Shown here piece by piece: positions 38,572 through 52,980 of a DNA stretch of 64,000 nt. Position numbers and translations under genes: made by a program. A model generated the notes under the pieces. It was not told where the DNA came from. It worked only from the letters and a program-made list of their open reading frames with translations, and made no database searches. Source of the stretch: Camelus dromedarius (taxonomy: Eukaryota); NCBI RefSeq assembly GCF_036321535.1, contig NC_087441.1, forward strand, positions 35,030,001 through 35,094,000, in the 5' to 3' direction. Positions within the stretch are counted from its first letter, which is position 1. Each line of letters opens with the position of its first letter.

Positions 38572-38715
38572 TTCTAGAAGGAGATGAAGAAAACAATCTT
38601 GCACGGTACTCTACATAAAACAGGAAACACTTCTCTCCAAATTTTTTCTTTGTGTCCCTACTCTGCAATCATCCACTGCATAATTCAAGACAAGAAACTG
38701 GAATTATTTAACTTT
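38572..38715 (+). repeat. 144-bp direct repeat, copy 1
   Basis: ttctagaaggagatgaagaaaacaatcttgcac...gaaactggaatta is repeated at 40123-40266 with ~6 substitutions. Confidence 0.92.
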
Positions 38716-39129
38716 TATTAGAGATAACATGTTTTAACACATTGTAAAACTTCAAACGTTACTCAATGATGTCAATAACCTATTAAAATGAATGCCCCAG
38801 CACATATTAAGAATTATAAAACTGTCTAGCTGAAATCCCTTACTCTCTTGGATTCAATAACTCAAATTTAGTTGACCTTTTTAGATGGAACAATCCTAAC
38901 TTCCATGTCATTATTTGGTCTTCTCTAGAATTTCATCTTTGGAATTTGTTCTGTTCCTACGGTGAGTACAATACCAAATGAGTGCTGTCTCAGGATGGGC
39001 TCTGCCTTATTTAGCCTTCCAACAGTGGTGGACTTGGAATATGAGTCAGAATTTGCTGATTTATTAATTTTATCCTTCAAAAAATCATGAAAAGAATTTT
39101 CAAACCCACTGCCAGGCATGCTGCTTGAG

Positions 39130-41150
39130 TCTCCTTTCTATTTGTATGTAAAAAAGTTTTAATATATCTTTAGTCAAGTCTATCAGTCTTCAATTATGGT
39201 TTTTGCCTTTGATGTCATATTAGACAAGACTGTAAATTATTCACCAATCCATTTTTAGTTATAGCTTACTATTTTTTCTTCTTCAATTAATCTGATATTT
39301 ATTTCTATTTTGTAGGAATAAAAGATTCAACTTTACAATTTTTCTTAACAACTACTGCAATTGTGTTCTCCTAGTAATAAATACTTCCTCCACCAACAAG
39401 AAATGCTCTTTATTATACATTACCTTTACATGCTTTAATCTGTTTTGGGAATTTTCAAGATGATTTAGTTTCTCCTATGTCTCTATTTTAGTAAAAAATA
39501 ACATACTATCATAGTAATAGTAATTTTATAATATTTTTTAATACTTGGAATTACAAGTTCTTTCTTCATTATTCTTCTTTTTCAAAAATGTGGTATTTTC
39601 CTAGTATGTGCATCCTTCCAGATGGATTTTAATAATCATTTTGCCAACCTCTCCCTAAAAATCTCTTTATGGCTCTACATGGAATTGCATTAATTTTATA
39701 AATTAATTTGGGGAAGCTAACATCATTATAATATTTATTATTCTCATCCAGGAATACAATATAAATCTCCACTACTGCTAATCTTATTTTGTGTTTCCCA
39801 ATAAAATGTTATTTTCTTCATTTAAGTCTTAAGTTTACTCATAGATATATGATATTTGTTTTTATAAATGTGATTTTTTCATCATGTTTTCTAACCGTAG
39901 CTGTTATAGAAAAATCAATTGATTTAGACACATTTATCTTTTGTATGATGACTTAATTGAAGTCTCCTATTCTAATACTTCTTCAGTTGATTTTCTTGGG
40001 ATTTTTAGCAAAAAATATATATTTTATATATAAATATTTTACATATATTATAAATAGTTTACATATAAGTATTTTATATAAAATATATATACTTTTTTAA
40101 AAGAAAAAAGATATCACCTCTTTTCTAGAAGGAGATGAAGAAAACAATCTTGCACAGTACTCTACATAAAACAGAAAACACTTCTCTCCAAATTTTTTCT
40201 TTGTGTCCCTCCTCTGCAATTATCCACTGCATAATTCAAGACAAGAAACTGGAATTACTTAATTTTCTAATAATTGTAAACTTTGAGAGACAGCATATGA
40301 CACTATTTAAAATTAAAGACTCATGATTATACTACTTGCGTGCTTGTTCAGCTCTACCACTGTTAACTGTGTGCCCTGGGCCAAGTTATTTAGCTTCTCT
40401 AGGCCTCAGCTTCCTAATGTATAAAATGAGAATGACAGTAGTCAGTATTCCCTAGGATAGTTATGAAGTTTAAATGAGTTAATACTTGTTAAGTATTCAG
40501 AACAGTTTCTAGCATATATAATAAGAACTTTTCAAATGTCATTTAGTCATTTTTTAAAAATTATTGTATTGGATAGAATTTACAGAATGATGTTAACTGT
40601 AAGTGATGAAATAAGGCATGTAGTAAGTCTCTAATGTTTTTCCATTTTTTTCTGCTTTTTCACAATTTAATAACATCTCTCTATTACTAAATTACTGTGT
40701 TGTATATATGTGTGTTTTCTTAAAAGAAATATAGTTATATTTTATCAATGTCATTTGGAATCTATTAGAAAGTGAAAAATAGTAGTTTTATCCTTTAGTC
40801 TATGACCATGAAATTATTATAATAAATTTCTCAATACTGAACCACCTGTACCTTTCTAGAATAAACACCATTTGTTGTATTTTTGTTGATTTTACAGTCC
40901 TCTGTTTAGTATTTCAGTGAATTTTTGTGATTTTATTTTTTGTGCTACTTTTGTTAGTGTTTTTTAGTGTTTTTGTTTCCTGGCATTATACTTTTCATTA
41001 AATGAATCAGAAAAATGTTTCAACTCTTTTGCAGAGTTCATAGAGTGAAGGATAATGTGTTCCTTAAAAATGTGTATTTTTAGCCACCAATTATAAATAC
41101 TTGATGACAACAAGACACTTTGCTCATCTAAACAGAGTATTTTAGCTCCT
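39130..41150 (-). mobile_element. Fragmented old L1M (antisense), interrupted by the repeat copy and a MIR (~40320-40520)
   Basis: T-rich antisense L1 ORF2-like motifs (ttctcatccaggaatacaat, ttgattttcttgggatttt, atactgaaccacctgtacc). Confidence 0.55.
40123..40266 (+). repeat. 144-bp direct repeat, copy 2
   Basis: See copy 1. Preceded by an AT-rich low-complexity tract at ~40010-40095. Confidence 0.92.
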
Positions 41151-44100
41151 GCCAAATCTTCCTATGCAAGCTGGTTAAGGACATAGGTTTAAGCATCAGA
41201 CAAAATTAGGCTCAAATCCTAACTTCACCACCTAGTAGCTAAATGTGTGCACTTGGCAAGGTGCACATTTGTCACAGGAATAACTATGCCTTCCTCACAT
41301 TTCTCATACAGTTATAAGTGAGGGTTACATGAGATTATGCTTACAAATTGCTACACATTCCACCCACAATAAAGACTCAATAAATTATTTTATGTTCGTT
41401 TTAATTTTCCTTAAATACAAAATTAATGTTTTCAAATTTACTTGATTTTTCTTAGTATGGAGATTTTCAGTTGTTTATGCAGAAATAGAAATGCTATTGA
41501 TAAAATTATTTGTGTGAAATTACTTCGTAACAAAGGGTAGATTTCATTTAAAACAGGTTACTCTTTGCTGACGTAAAAAGTTGACAAGAAAGCAGCAAAA
41601 ATGCTCAGAGAACACATGCAAATGAAGGCACAGCCAATGAAATCACAGTGGGTTAGGAGGAAAGTTGCACTGATTTTGAGAAAACCAGGTAATGAGCCTA
41701 AACTGAATCTAATGTCTTCCACTCTTCCACGTTCCCTCGTTCTCATGGGAATCCAGGTGTGGGAGGAGAGTGTGAGGGCCTTCAGGAAAGCTGAGGCTCA
41801 CTCCATGGTCTCTGATGGGCCATCTTAACTACCACGGGGAAGCGAGTGTCTCCCTCTAATCGGGAGAACGCAGCACACCAAGGCACTGGGCTGGCCTCAG
41901 ATACATCAGCAGCACAAAGAAACCCGTTTCTCAAAAAAGTATTTGAGATTTATGTCCACTAATCAGCATCATCAAGAATGTCCACTTGTATGTACTGCTT
42001 ATAAAGCTATCATTATGGTCTCTGAGGAGACCAGTATTACAAGAGCAGTGAGTTTATAAGACCTGACAAATAACATTATGAGTTTTTCTTCTGTTTTAAA
42101 GGAAAGAAATTTAAAACATTATTTTGTTGGGCTAGCTGTCGCTGTTGAGAACAATTTAAGGAAGAACAGCTAAGAACATAAATATTAAGTCAAGCTGGGT
42201 CTCTGTACTGATCACTGGTCCCTGGCAGACGCAAGATGGAAACATGTCGCTCAAGTTCTTGGCATGTGTTATCTGCTGTTAATTTGACATCAACAGTAGA
42301 TTCTATCAAGCTTAAATTTAACCATATTGATTTGTTTTCTAAAATAAAGACCTCCCACTTTACCTTTTCTTTGCTGTCCCCTGGCTTTATAGCAACAAAG
42401 ATATTTTCCAGGACACCCTCCATAGCAGGATTGATGGATCAAAAATGTACCCACCTCTATCTTTCCTGCCCCCTGTATGGCCTCAAAAACTTGATGGTTT
42501 CCAGCTCCCTCTAGATTTCTCTTGATTGAGTGCCTTTTCAGTATACCATGACTCCTGAAGGAAACAAAGGGGAAAAAGATTTATTAAGATAAAATCCCTT
42601 GTTCTTCATCTCTTTCAGAAAAGAACAAATGGTTCCTTAGGCACTAACATCTAATTTAATGACAAGCTGCCACACAATTTTAAAACAACGTTCACTGTTA
42701 TTTTTTCATTCCTCATCCTGATTTCTTTTATACTTCTCTGATTTATAACAGAAGCAGGAGGAATTTTCCTGAGTAAGCATCTCAGCATTATCTTACAAAT
42801 GAGGAATGTGTTTCTTTTTATTATTTTGTTCCCCACTCAAACCCACCAATTGTATTCTGATCACTCTTTTTGGTGTTTTGCTTTAAGACTGTGTAACAAG
42901 GGCAGAAACTTTCCTACTAAAAAGTAAAATCAATGATATAGCAAAATATGTCTCTCTCCAGCTTTTCAAATTTCCAATGAAGATAGTTTCACTAGCTAAG
43001 TAACAGCCTTTCTCAGATGTGTGATTTTTAACAGCCACAAATCCCCGCAACAGTTCATCTTTGAATTATAATGCCAAGGAGCAAGGACATCGTTTTCCTC
43101 AATTATATCATATGGTGATTGGAGTTCTGGAAGAGAAAATTAACCTAATAAAATCCGGCCCACCGACAATGCCTCAGCATCAAAAGTAACTTGAGATTTT
43201 GCTGTGAAGAGGCATCATCAAAACCAACACTCTTGGGTGGTTTTCCTGTTCATATCCGTTTAGATATTTCTTTATCAAAAGTCCCCATTTTTAAACTAAT
43301 AATACAGAATACAACTTATTTTCACTTCCATATAGTCCTGACAGAGGTGGCTACAAGTGATCGCTGGATAAACCAGGCTCCCTTTCCCTTGGGAAGCTTC
43401 CATATTTGAACAGACACGTGGTAAATGCATCCTTGTCCTGGATAAGACAGCCATGTTTCTTTCTTTCATGCTGTGGAGATCATCTATTCTTTTTCCTATA
43501 ACACGTACCACTAGGAATGTCAACATTCCTCTGCTTGTATGCACTGTCTAAATTTACTAGGGTTATTCAGAGTAGGAGAAAGTCCAGGGCTGTCTACTGT
43601 TTCCTTCTTTCCTTTCTAATAAACATCAAATTCTGTCTATTCCAGACTCCTAATGTTCCTTGGGCTCACTTGTCCTTCCAATTCCATTCCCACAGGCACC
43701 ACCTAGCTCAACCCTCCTCACCCACACCTGCCTCCACACCATCAGTTCTTACAGAGATCGTGACATCTCTCACAGGTCTCCCTGGCTTGAGGCATGCCCC
43801 TTCCAGTCCATATTCCACAGACCATTCATGTTGGGACAGTAACTGAACTTTTAATTTGTATAAAGCCCAGGAATTCTATGTGGTGCAAATCTTCCACCAT
43901 GATTCTCAAATAGTCTCTTTTGCTCCAAATGCCAACAGCACTATGCTAGTCACCTTTTAAATTCATTTGCAAATCATTTCATCACTCTTCTCTTTCCTTT
44001 GCTTCCCATATTTCTTCACAGCTTATACGAAAGCCAGTAAAAGGAAGCCCTCAGGGCACTGGAACACAGCAGGTGAAGCACTGAATTTGGTTCTAATTTC

Positions 44101-46589
44101 AGCGCTTTCCCTCATCTGCTGTTGACTTTCAGGAGTCATCCTTTTTTGTAGGTAAATGACGGAGCCTTGCTTATAAAAGGGGATGAAAATATTTACCATA
44201 CTTATCTCTCCAGGTTACTCTGGGAATCAAGGAAGATCATATACAATAAATTACAAATAGATAGTGCTGTTATTACCCTCCCTGAAATACAGCAAAAGTG
44301 AAAAATGTGCTTCTTGTATTTAACACTAGATTTGGTTTGGGATGCAACAAAGGTAGCTGTGATCAGACTCCTAAGTCTTGCAGCTGCCTTTTGGGATTGT
44401 GACATTCTGAAGAGTCTTTGTTTTGGCTTCCAAAGGAAAAACAAAATACCAAAAGAATCCTACTCTAATACATTTAGATTTCCAAGATATCGAAATCTAA
44501 AAAGGGAAAGAAAAGGCAAAGGGACTCAAAACAGTGACAAGTCTTAATTGTCTGAAACTGCCATTGAATTAAAATTATCCAGCTGTCATTTATAGCACAA
44601 ATGCTAATATAATCTCCTTAAAACCTAGCTAAATCCTCTAGATACCACTGGACACTTTCCAATAGGAAATACACGCCCATTCTCTATCATTGTATTTACA
44701 AAAATAATAAAGTAGAGAATGCAGAATGTGTACAATAGGATGAGTTTGTTTTGCTTCTAAAGAGGAAATTAAAACCATCAGCCTGAATATCATTTATTAT
44801 ATATAAGTAGCCTCAGCTTAAGGAAGTTTTATTTTAGACTAAAAAAACCCAAAGGACTATATTTGAATTCATGCATCTAAACAAGTCAATGAAAGTATAG
44901 AAATTAAGTGTAGAAAGAGAAGAACAAAGAGATAGGAATAAAGACCACAGCTGTGTTTTCTTAAAATCTGGTGAGACAAATGTTATCCAGAGTTCACAAA
45001 GTTTAAGTTTTCCTTTGCATAGGTATAAACAAGTAAAGAAACACAACTCTCATGAAGTGTAATTTTTTTATTTGAAAATTACTCTCCCATATTGAGAAGG
45101 ATCTGTAATTTTGTTCATTCAGTCATGCAGATATTCAAAAACCAAAACTTACTGAGTGCTTCTCATGAGTGAGACTTTGTACAAGGTGTAATAAAATGTG
45201 CTGGTTTGGACCCTTGGCCACATGGGGCTAGCAACAAATACTGAAAGAACTGCACAAGCAAACAGGCCATATAAAAAACTTCCTTCTTCTTCTGCCTAGA
45301 ATGCACATTATCGTCCTGTGCTCTCGCTAGTAGGCTCTGGGCCATCCTTAAAAGCCTAACTCAGAGGTTGCTGCTTTTGAAAAGCTCTTTGGAATTGTTG
45401 CAGTTTGGTATTAATCATAACCCCTGCCCTGAAACCACTTTGTTCCTAACTCTCAGATGCACTCGTCATGGTCGACTTTGCACTATAGCTCTGTGTGTGT
45501 CAATCTTCCCTGGCAGCCTGCGAACATCTTGAATGGCAATGTTTTATTCATCCATCTACAGCACCTGGCATGATATTCTGTAGGTACTTAACTAGTGATT
45601 ATTGAATGGAAAATTCATACATCTCTACTTGCAGGGGCAAAAGGTATATTACAACTTTAAAATGAAGGTTTGCAAATGTTTTATGCTTATTTTTGCTACA
45701 TATAGTTCTAAAAAGATGACTTTATACCATGAATTTACATCTTTGTGAAAAATGGAAAACTCATGTAATCAATTTATAATAAATTAATTTGGTTCACAAT
45801 CGAATTAGCATTATTCTATTCAAATTCCTTTATTTACTTATTAAGTTTCCCTCTCATTGATTTTTAGCCTATACTCTTCTATTTTTTCCTACTGTATATA
45901 CTTGATTTCTACAATTGTGATAAGTTTTTAAGCTAGTCTGCTAACCAGATCCTTGGCCACTGCTACATTTTCAAAAGCTTTCATAGCTTGGATATACATA
46001 AAATTGCAAGTAATCTGTTTATCCATTCACTCATTCAGCAAATATTATTATCTACCATGTTTTAGACACCACAGAGAAAACAAAGACCCTGCTTCAAGAG
46101 ACAGAGGGTTATAGCCAGAGTAGCTGGTAGGAAATATACACAAAATCAAAATTTTATCTGTCATATCTCCAATTTATCTAAAATCATTAATTCAAAAAAT
46201 TTCAAATGAAGCCTCAGTAGCTAAAGAATGAATTAAGAGGAACTGATAAAGATAACTAAGAATCAGAGAGAGAGTCATGCTTTAGATCTAGTTAATATAA
46301 ATAAACATCTTGTCTGTCTTCTTAAATTCAAGTCAATATCATAGCCATTTGTAACAGGCAAAGTGAAATCAAGTTTTCTAACTAAAAATGTAATGTTTGC
46401 ATTGTAATACTGCTTTTACACAGCAATTTAGCAAAGTTGATCAAGAGTATCAAAAATGTTGACAAATTCTGACCCCAAATCCTGTGAAATTCCCTTGACC
46501 TTTCAGGTCCCCAGGATAACCCTCTTTTTACTTTATTGTTGTTGTTGCTGCTGGGAGAGGAGATAAAGGGATTTTAACATTTAATAAAA

Positions 46590-47520
46590 CACATGTTTTG
46601 TGTCATGAGCCTTGCTACACTCTGTGTTTTACCCACTTAATTATCACAACTGATCTTTTTTTTTCTTTTCTGAAGAAGAAAAAAGGTTTTTTTCCAAAGC
46701 TTAGAGATGGTGAGATACCTACTTAAGGTCACACAGCTAATAACTCATAAAGACAGGATTCAAGTTCAAGTCTATCTGACTTGAAAGCCTGTGCATGATC
46801 CACTGTGCACCATGCTGCCTCACCATATTCCTGGACTCCTGACCTAGCTTTATACATAACTCTTCCCCCGAGTGACTGTTCTCACGACTCAAACGCAGTT
46901 CCTTGATGCTTTGTATCTCAAAGCTCCAAGAAATATGATCTTTTTTCCTTTTAACCATTTCCTCTTTCTTCACATCTCATATACCAAAGAAAACTGACCT
47001 CACATCTCAGATTAAAGAGAAAACTTCAGTGCTATATGCTGACCAAATTTATTTTGCATATTCATAGAATCTGGATGGATATAAAGAAGTTTGATTTAAA
47101 AGGCTTCCTGCTGTGGATTATAGGCCCAAAGAACAAATTAAGTAATGTATTAGTTATAAATTAGTTATGTAAAGGATATCATAGTTTTCACTCTCTTGCA
47201 TTCTCTTATTATATCATTATAATCTAAAAACAAGTTCGTTGTGAATACCACCTGGGTTGCCCTCATGAAATAATATGGTGCTCAAAGTATAGTGTAGTGA
47301 GTGAGAGCACAGACTCTAAAGACAGACTTTCTGATTATAAATCTTTACTGTGTACATTTGGCCTGGTTACTTAACCTTTCTGGGCAGGCCTAGACTTCTC
47401 CATATGTAAAATATCTACAATAACAGTACCTCTCACATAGAGTTGTTGGGGGAGTTAAATGACATAATTTAATTCACATAGAACAATGCCTGGCACATCT
47501 TGTGCTTAATATGCATTATA
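46590..47520. mobile_element. Two MIR SINEs (minus ~46590-46880; plus ~47280-47520)
   Basis: acttaaggtcacacagctaataa...ggattcaagttcaagtctatctgact; cagactctaaagacagac...catatgtaaaa...agaacaatgcctggcaca. Confidence 0.55.
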
Positions 47521-48719
47521 GTTATTACTACTTTTATATAACAAAGACAAATAGAATGTTTCTGCCAATGGTCTATATGATAAAAATGGTAAAAAGTTCA
47601 CTTTTAAGTGTTAAGTAGCTTTAAAAATAAGGCACCTCAGAAAAATATTTAATTATTTATTACAATAGATATACTATCTTAGTTGTCCTCGAATTGAATG
47701 GCTTAGACACATTAGTGGGTGTGCATGTATGTCAAACAAAAGTCTGTGTGCATTTCTTAAGAGGAATTTTTAAGTTTTTAAGTATTTTTTTCAAAAAGGA
47801 TATAGGTCCCTCAAAGAGTGTAGATTCCAGTGTTAACACAGAACTTTCCCCCTTTGTACCCAAAGCTCTGCTTCCTAAAATCTTTACAGGCAAACAGTTA
47901 CAGCTCAAGGCCAGAAATACTGAATGAAAAAATCGGGGGAGGGGGGGAGATCAGAAAGATTTCTACCACTTTTCTCTAACTGGCCAGCGTCAATTATTTC
48001 TTAAGTCTGATGGATGTTCATTGCTTTATTTCATACCTTAGCCTTTGATGCAACTGTGCATTCTTCCAAAGTACTGAAAGAGCTCAATTTTGGCCTTTAA
48101 AACATGTGTGCGGATCTTCAGGAAAAGGTTTGTTCAATATGGGCAACTTTAAGCCCTAAAAGCAGAAGTTAGCCTTCTTACAAGAGCTAATTATTTCTGA
48201 CATTTTATCAGCTCTCCTGAAGAGTCATTTATTGACTGTGTTAAATATTAAAAAATAGAGTAAGATGTGGTCCTGGTGAATTATCTTCTGATTTTTTGAT
48301 ACAGAAAGACAACTCAGAGCTGTATCTCAAATATTAGTAGCAAATTCTTGCACTGATATTGAGTCAAAGACTTTGCAATGCAGGTCCACTTGAGCAGATC
48401 AGAGTTAGCTTGCTGGTTTTTCTAATGTGTAAATACTTGCTTTGGTTAAATAATATTAATAGGGAAAGTAACATATTCCATGAGGCATAAAGAAAAATTG
48501 CTTTCCATTGACCCAGAAAACTTACCTTGCAACTAAGCCTGAAGGAGAAAGAAACCGGAATGAAAGTATTTGAAAAGAGAACTCTGGCTGCCATAGCCAT
48601 GCTCCAAGTTCATGTTTAATTAAATTTACAACAATAATTTTACATCAATAATTCCATAAATTGCTTGCATGTTCATAGAACATAAGTTATCATCTTTGAT
48701 TCTAAGGTCAAGTACTTAC

Positions 48720-48900
48720 TGCTAACAGCCCTTGTTCCTCTGAGGGAGGCTTGGCCCCCTGCCAGGCTGTACTGCTTCTCCCATGGGGACGGGCCCACCG
48801 CTACTGTACAACTCCGTGGGGGATGATGCGACACCAGCAGCCCCCTGGTTGCTCAGCAACAACCCCTTATGATTCCTCTTCTGGGACTGCTAGGCAACAG
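48720..48900 (-). promoter_or_regulatory. Candidate RFX-driven alternative promoter and first exon
   Basis: GC-rich patch in AT-rich DNA. X-box palindrome GTTGCTCAGCAAC (48848-48860), CTGCTAGGCAAC (48887-48898), weaker TCTCCCATGGGGAC (48777-48790). Minus-strand donor GCA|GTAAGT at 48720/48719. Confidence 0.5.
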
Positions 48901-49689
48901 CGCTGAGCCTGACCCAGCTGCTCCCAGCGCACTGCCTCACAAGAGGGCCAGGTTAACAGGAAGCCAGGGGCCCTGAGTGACTAGTTACATAATCTACACA
49001 CACTGCTCGGGATGCTCTCTAACCAAATAAAAATCAGTGCAGAGTTAGTTCCTACCCTGAAGGGTACCCTTGAATGTATCCTTAATTTAAACTCTATCCT
49101 TGAATCTTTAGAGAAGCTGACAGAAAACTCACGCATCAGAGCCAAAATCTGTGGCCAAAAAAAGTCTATTAAAAAAAGCACACACATACATAAAGGAGGT
49201 CATTCTTTTCTTAACCACGTTTAAAATACAACTTTCAAACCTTTCATAATTTCAAAGAATTTTACTATTTGTATGTTTTCTGTTAACAGACCCTCCCCCA
49301 CAAAATGGGAAAAACATATTAAATAAACCACATTACTTTTATGATGAGCCTGTTCCTAAAATAGCTTAACACATAACTCAATTGAAGTATAGCAATTTCT
49401 AGGAATGACCTTCAATTCTTATCTATAGTTTAACCCACACGTATGTCTTCTTAGTTCTAGGCTTTTAACAAATCTAAATTAGGCATATTTTTCCATCTGC
49501 ATCTGTCCTACCACTTAGGACAAAGACAGCAGCCCAGTCAACCAATGTAAAATCTTACCCACACATCAAAATATGGGTCCAGCTTTGTTCCTATTTCCCC
49601 TACCATCCCTTATCTCTTTGTCGTAGAGGAAGAGGTGTGTGCTCTGAGAGACATGAACTCACAGCCAGTCAACCACAGTACATATACGG

Positions 49690-50180
49690 TTCTATTGATC
49701 TACTAATTCAAAACCTTCAGTCAAGTCCAAGTTATTTATCGTGATATGAAAGGCCCTTCTGAATCTACTTCCCTTTGAACTTTCAGCCATATCTGCAGCT
49801 GTCTAGTCTGTTGATTTAATTCTAGTTCCCTAAATAAATCATACGCTTTAAGTGTCTTTCCTCTTCCTAGGACATATTCCCCTTTGCCTGGCAAACTACT
49901 GGTTATCATCGTTCAAGTTCTAGCAATAACATCACCTCCCCTGAGAAACTGTCCCTGGTTTTAGAATTTCTTATAACCATCTCTGAGCATCTTAGACTTG
50001 ATTCATTCTGCTACGGTGGCATTCATCACACTGCTTTACAGTAATTTACATACTCAACGTTAATCCCATGTTCTCCAAGGTCTGGGACCTTGCTCTGCTC
50101 ACCTTGGTCTCCTTGATGGTTTGTATATTCCTTAGCATTAAGGAAGTGTTTATACTGTAGTTTATTAATGATTAGAGAAC
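49690..50180 (+). mobile_element. L2 3' fragment
   Basis: aaaggcccttctgaatctac...ttcaagttctagcaataacatcacctcccctgagaaac...aagtgtttatactg. Confidence 0.45.
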
Positions 50181-52379
50181 AAAAGGCCTATACAAAATTG
50201 TAAACTACGTGAAGATTGGGCACTTTTAACCTCTTAATTAACCAGAGATAAGTAATAAAGCAATTCGCCAAAAATCCAAACAAAAACTTAATCTCCTGAC
50301 TTCTCGGCTGGTGTTCTTCCTAAACCATGATGAATCATTGAGTGCAAATAAGTAGATACCTCTGCAGCAATTCAATTTACCCAGTAATATAGCTAAAATA
50401 ATCAGACTGCCTGTGCCCCTTTTATTATCATCATAATAACGTGAAATTCAAGGGAGGAACATGGTCAGGTAACCAAATCACTAAAAGGTGGTCTGGAGCT
50501 GTCCTCAGAGAAGATAATTTCCCATTCAGATTAGCCACTCTTATAGCATTTTTTTTTGCAGGAATTTTGGTTCAACTAAACTAGGAAAGAGAGTTGAAAA
50601 GAAAAACAAAAATTAGAGCTAAATAAAATGAAAAAGCTATTCTAATTTTAAAATTTCCTAAATAATACTTCACAAAACAGCATTTACTCAATATCTGTCC
50701 CCTGTAAGGCACTAATTAAAAAAAAAAAAAAAAAGGAATATGAGCAAACAGCACACAAAAGCCCACAAATGCAGCAGCCAAGTGTAATGTCACAAAGTAA
50801 CTCAATCTCTTACCTCACCTCAGAAGCTAGAGCTAGGCTGCCATTTTCAAATATAACAATGCTTTTATGCTTTTTTTCTAAAACATCTTAAGTTCACATA
50901 TATGTTTATACAATATATTGCCAAAAATTTTGATATTGCAGTAATGTGATTGTCTAAATTAATCCATGCAACACAAATTCTAGTCAATGGAAATTTGAAT
51001 TTTCAGCTTCTCTGTGTTAAACTGAGAGAGGATTCTATTTTATTATGAGCCTGTGGGTTCATTAAGCTGTGCTTCTTTAAAACTAAGAAGCCTGCACCCT
51101 TGAAAATACCAGAAAGTACTTATCACTAAGTACATTATAAATTTTGTTTATCAAAGCAGTCTTACTTGATAGCATATATTTAAAGTAATTTATATATTAA
51201 AACAAAATAAACACAATACAAAGTAGAATGCAAGATGTATACAAATGTGTAAGATGAATATGAAATTTCAAAGAAACTTTGTACTTTTCTAAGAAAGACT
51301 TCGAGTTATGCCTCTAGATTTCTGGGGATTCTTTGCTGGAAAAGAGTGAGGAGCCCTTCTCTGGGGATCCCTTCTGAACGTTGCAGGAAGATTTCTTTAC
51401 TTTCAAGTAAAAGATTTATAAAGCCTTGGCTCTAGCCTACCACCACCACTGAACTCAGAAAGTGCTACCCCACTTAGACATATCATTACTTTTTTTTATT
51501 GCAGCTTAACCTTTATAACATCTTTTTTTATTTTGAAGAAAAAACATCTCTCTCTCTCCAACAGTCCTAAATCTTTCTTCCAGTACCCCACAGGACCAGT
51601 CTAAATCCTTATATATGTAAGAGAGTCCTTCAAATAAACATAATGGTTACGAGTAATGAAGGGGTCCTGGATGCCAGGAAATGTGCTGGGTACTTGACAA
51701 TCACTAAGCAAAAAATGAAACTGCAAGTAAATAGTATCATCTCTACGCTACAAAGAGGAAGAAATGACTCTGAATATGAATGGGCACATTTAGCACTAAA
51801 ATATAGAATTATAAACTCTATTTAGAACAATACAGGTGACTTTTTCACTATATTGACTTCATGGTGAAGAACTGAAATCACATTATTCATATTGGTGCAA
51901 TCATATGGACAAAAACTGAAATCTCAAGAGATTAAGAGACTTCTTCAGGGTCACATGACTGATTAAAAGTTGACTTAGCCTCACAAGGAAGTTTTTTAAC
52001 TTCTAGTCTAGCAGTTTTTCTCTACTATTATCTTCTAAATCTTGTGTTGATATGTTTTAATAAATGTTAGCTGCAAAAATATTTATGTAAAGGAGAAAGA
52101 TTCCTTTCTTTCTTATATATTATTTACTTTTAAAATATTATTTGTACAGGTTGAATTTAAAATAAAATTCATTAATGATGATTGAAGAATTATATTACAC
52201 AACACTTATGTGTACAAAGCTTACTTACTTTGCAACTGAACTACAAACACTACAGTCAACCATCAGGATATTAAAAAATACTGCTGTTGAGTCAAAATAA
52301 ATGTCCTAAAACCTATACACTAATAATATTCACAATTTGTACTCTTAAGACCATCCTACAGATTTAATCAGAGCCTGTT

Positions 52380-52980
52380 TATGCCTCTTTTGTTTTTAAC
52401 CTTCTTGTCACCTATTTAGAGGACAGTAAAAATGTTGCCTGCCCAACACTTCTCCTTTGAGGAGCCTCCCCTCCTATAGTCACTTCAGGTGATTCAGTGG
52501 TTTCCAAGAATGAAGTTGAGATCCAGATGTGACAAATTAGAGCTCTAAATGCCTGGAGCCACAGTAAGTGGCTCAGATGTGATGTGTGACGCAAAATCTT
52601 CAGCAGGCTCATGACATGTTTGCAACCCAGCAAATGCTTCAAGAGTGGGCTCATGATGCAAGTTAGTCCACCTCCGGACTGGTGCCAAAGCTACTAAGTA
52701 AAGACACATTTTTCTCTTTGAATTTAAACTTGAGAAATTAGGCCTGGAGCCATTGATAGTAATTTTGTCACCAAGCAGAGCCTGAGGATGAAGCCAAGTT
52801 GAAGGAGAGGCGAGCCAAGAAGTGACAGGAAATTGGGTCCTTACAAAATAATTTGAGCTCTAGACGAAGCTGTGACTGAAAGCAGAGTCACATAAATCCA
52901 ATCAATTTTCTCGTTATCCTTAAACAAATTTGAAGAGGATTTTCTATCATAAGCAACTATAACATTCCTAACTAATGCAC
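52380..52980 (+). mobile_element. Old MaLR LTR (MLT1J/K-like)
   Basis: gcctgaggatgaagccaag...tttgagctctagacgaagctg...gcaactataacattcctaactaatgca. Confidence 0.55.

Noticed and set aside
41558-41828. Small membrane micropeptide (62-aa hydrophobic minus ORF)
   Set aside because: Hydrophobicity follows from T-rich composition; no promoter, splice or homology support.
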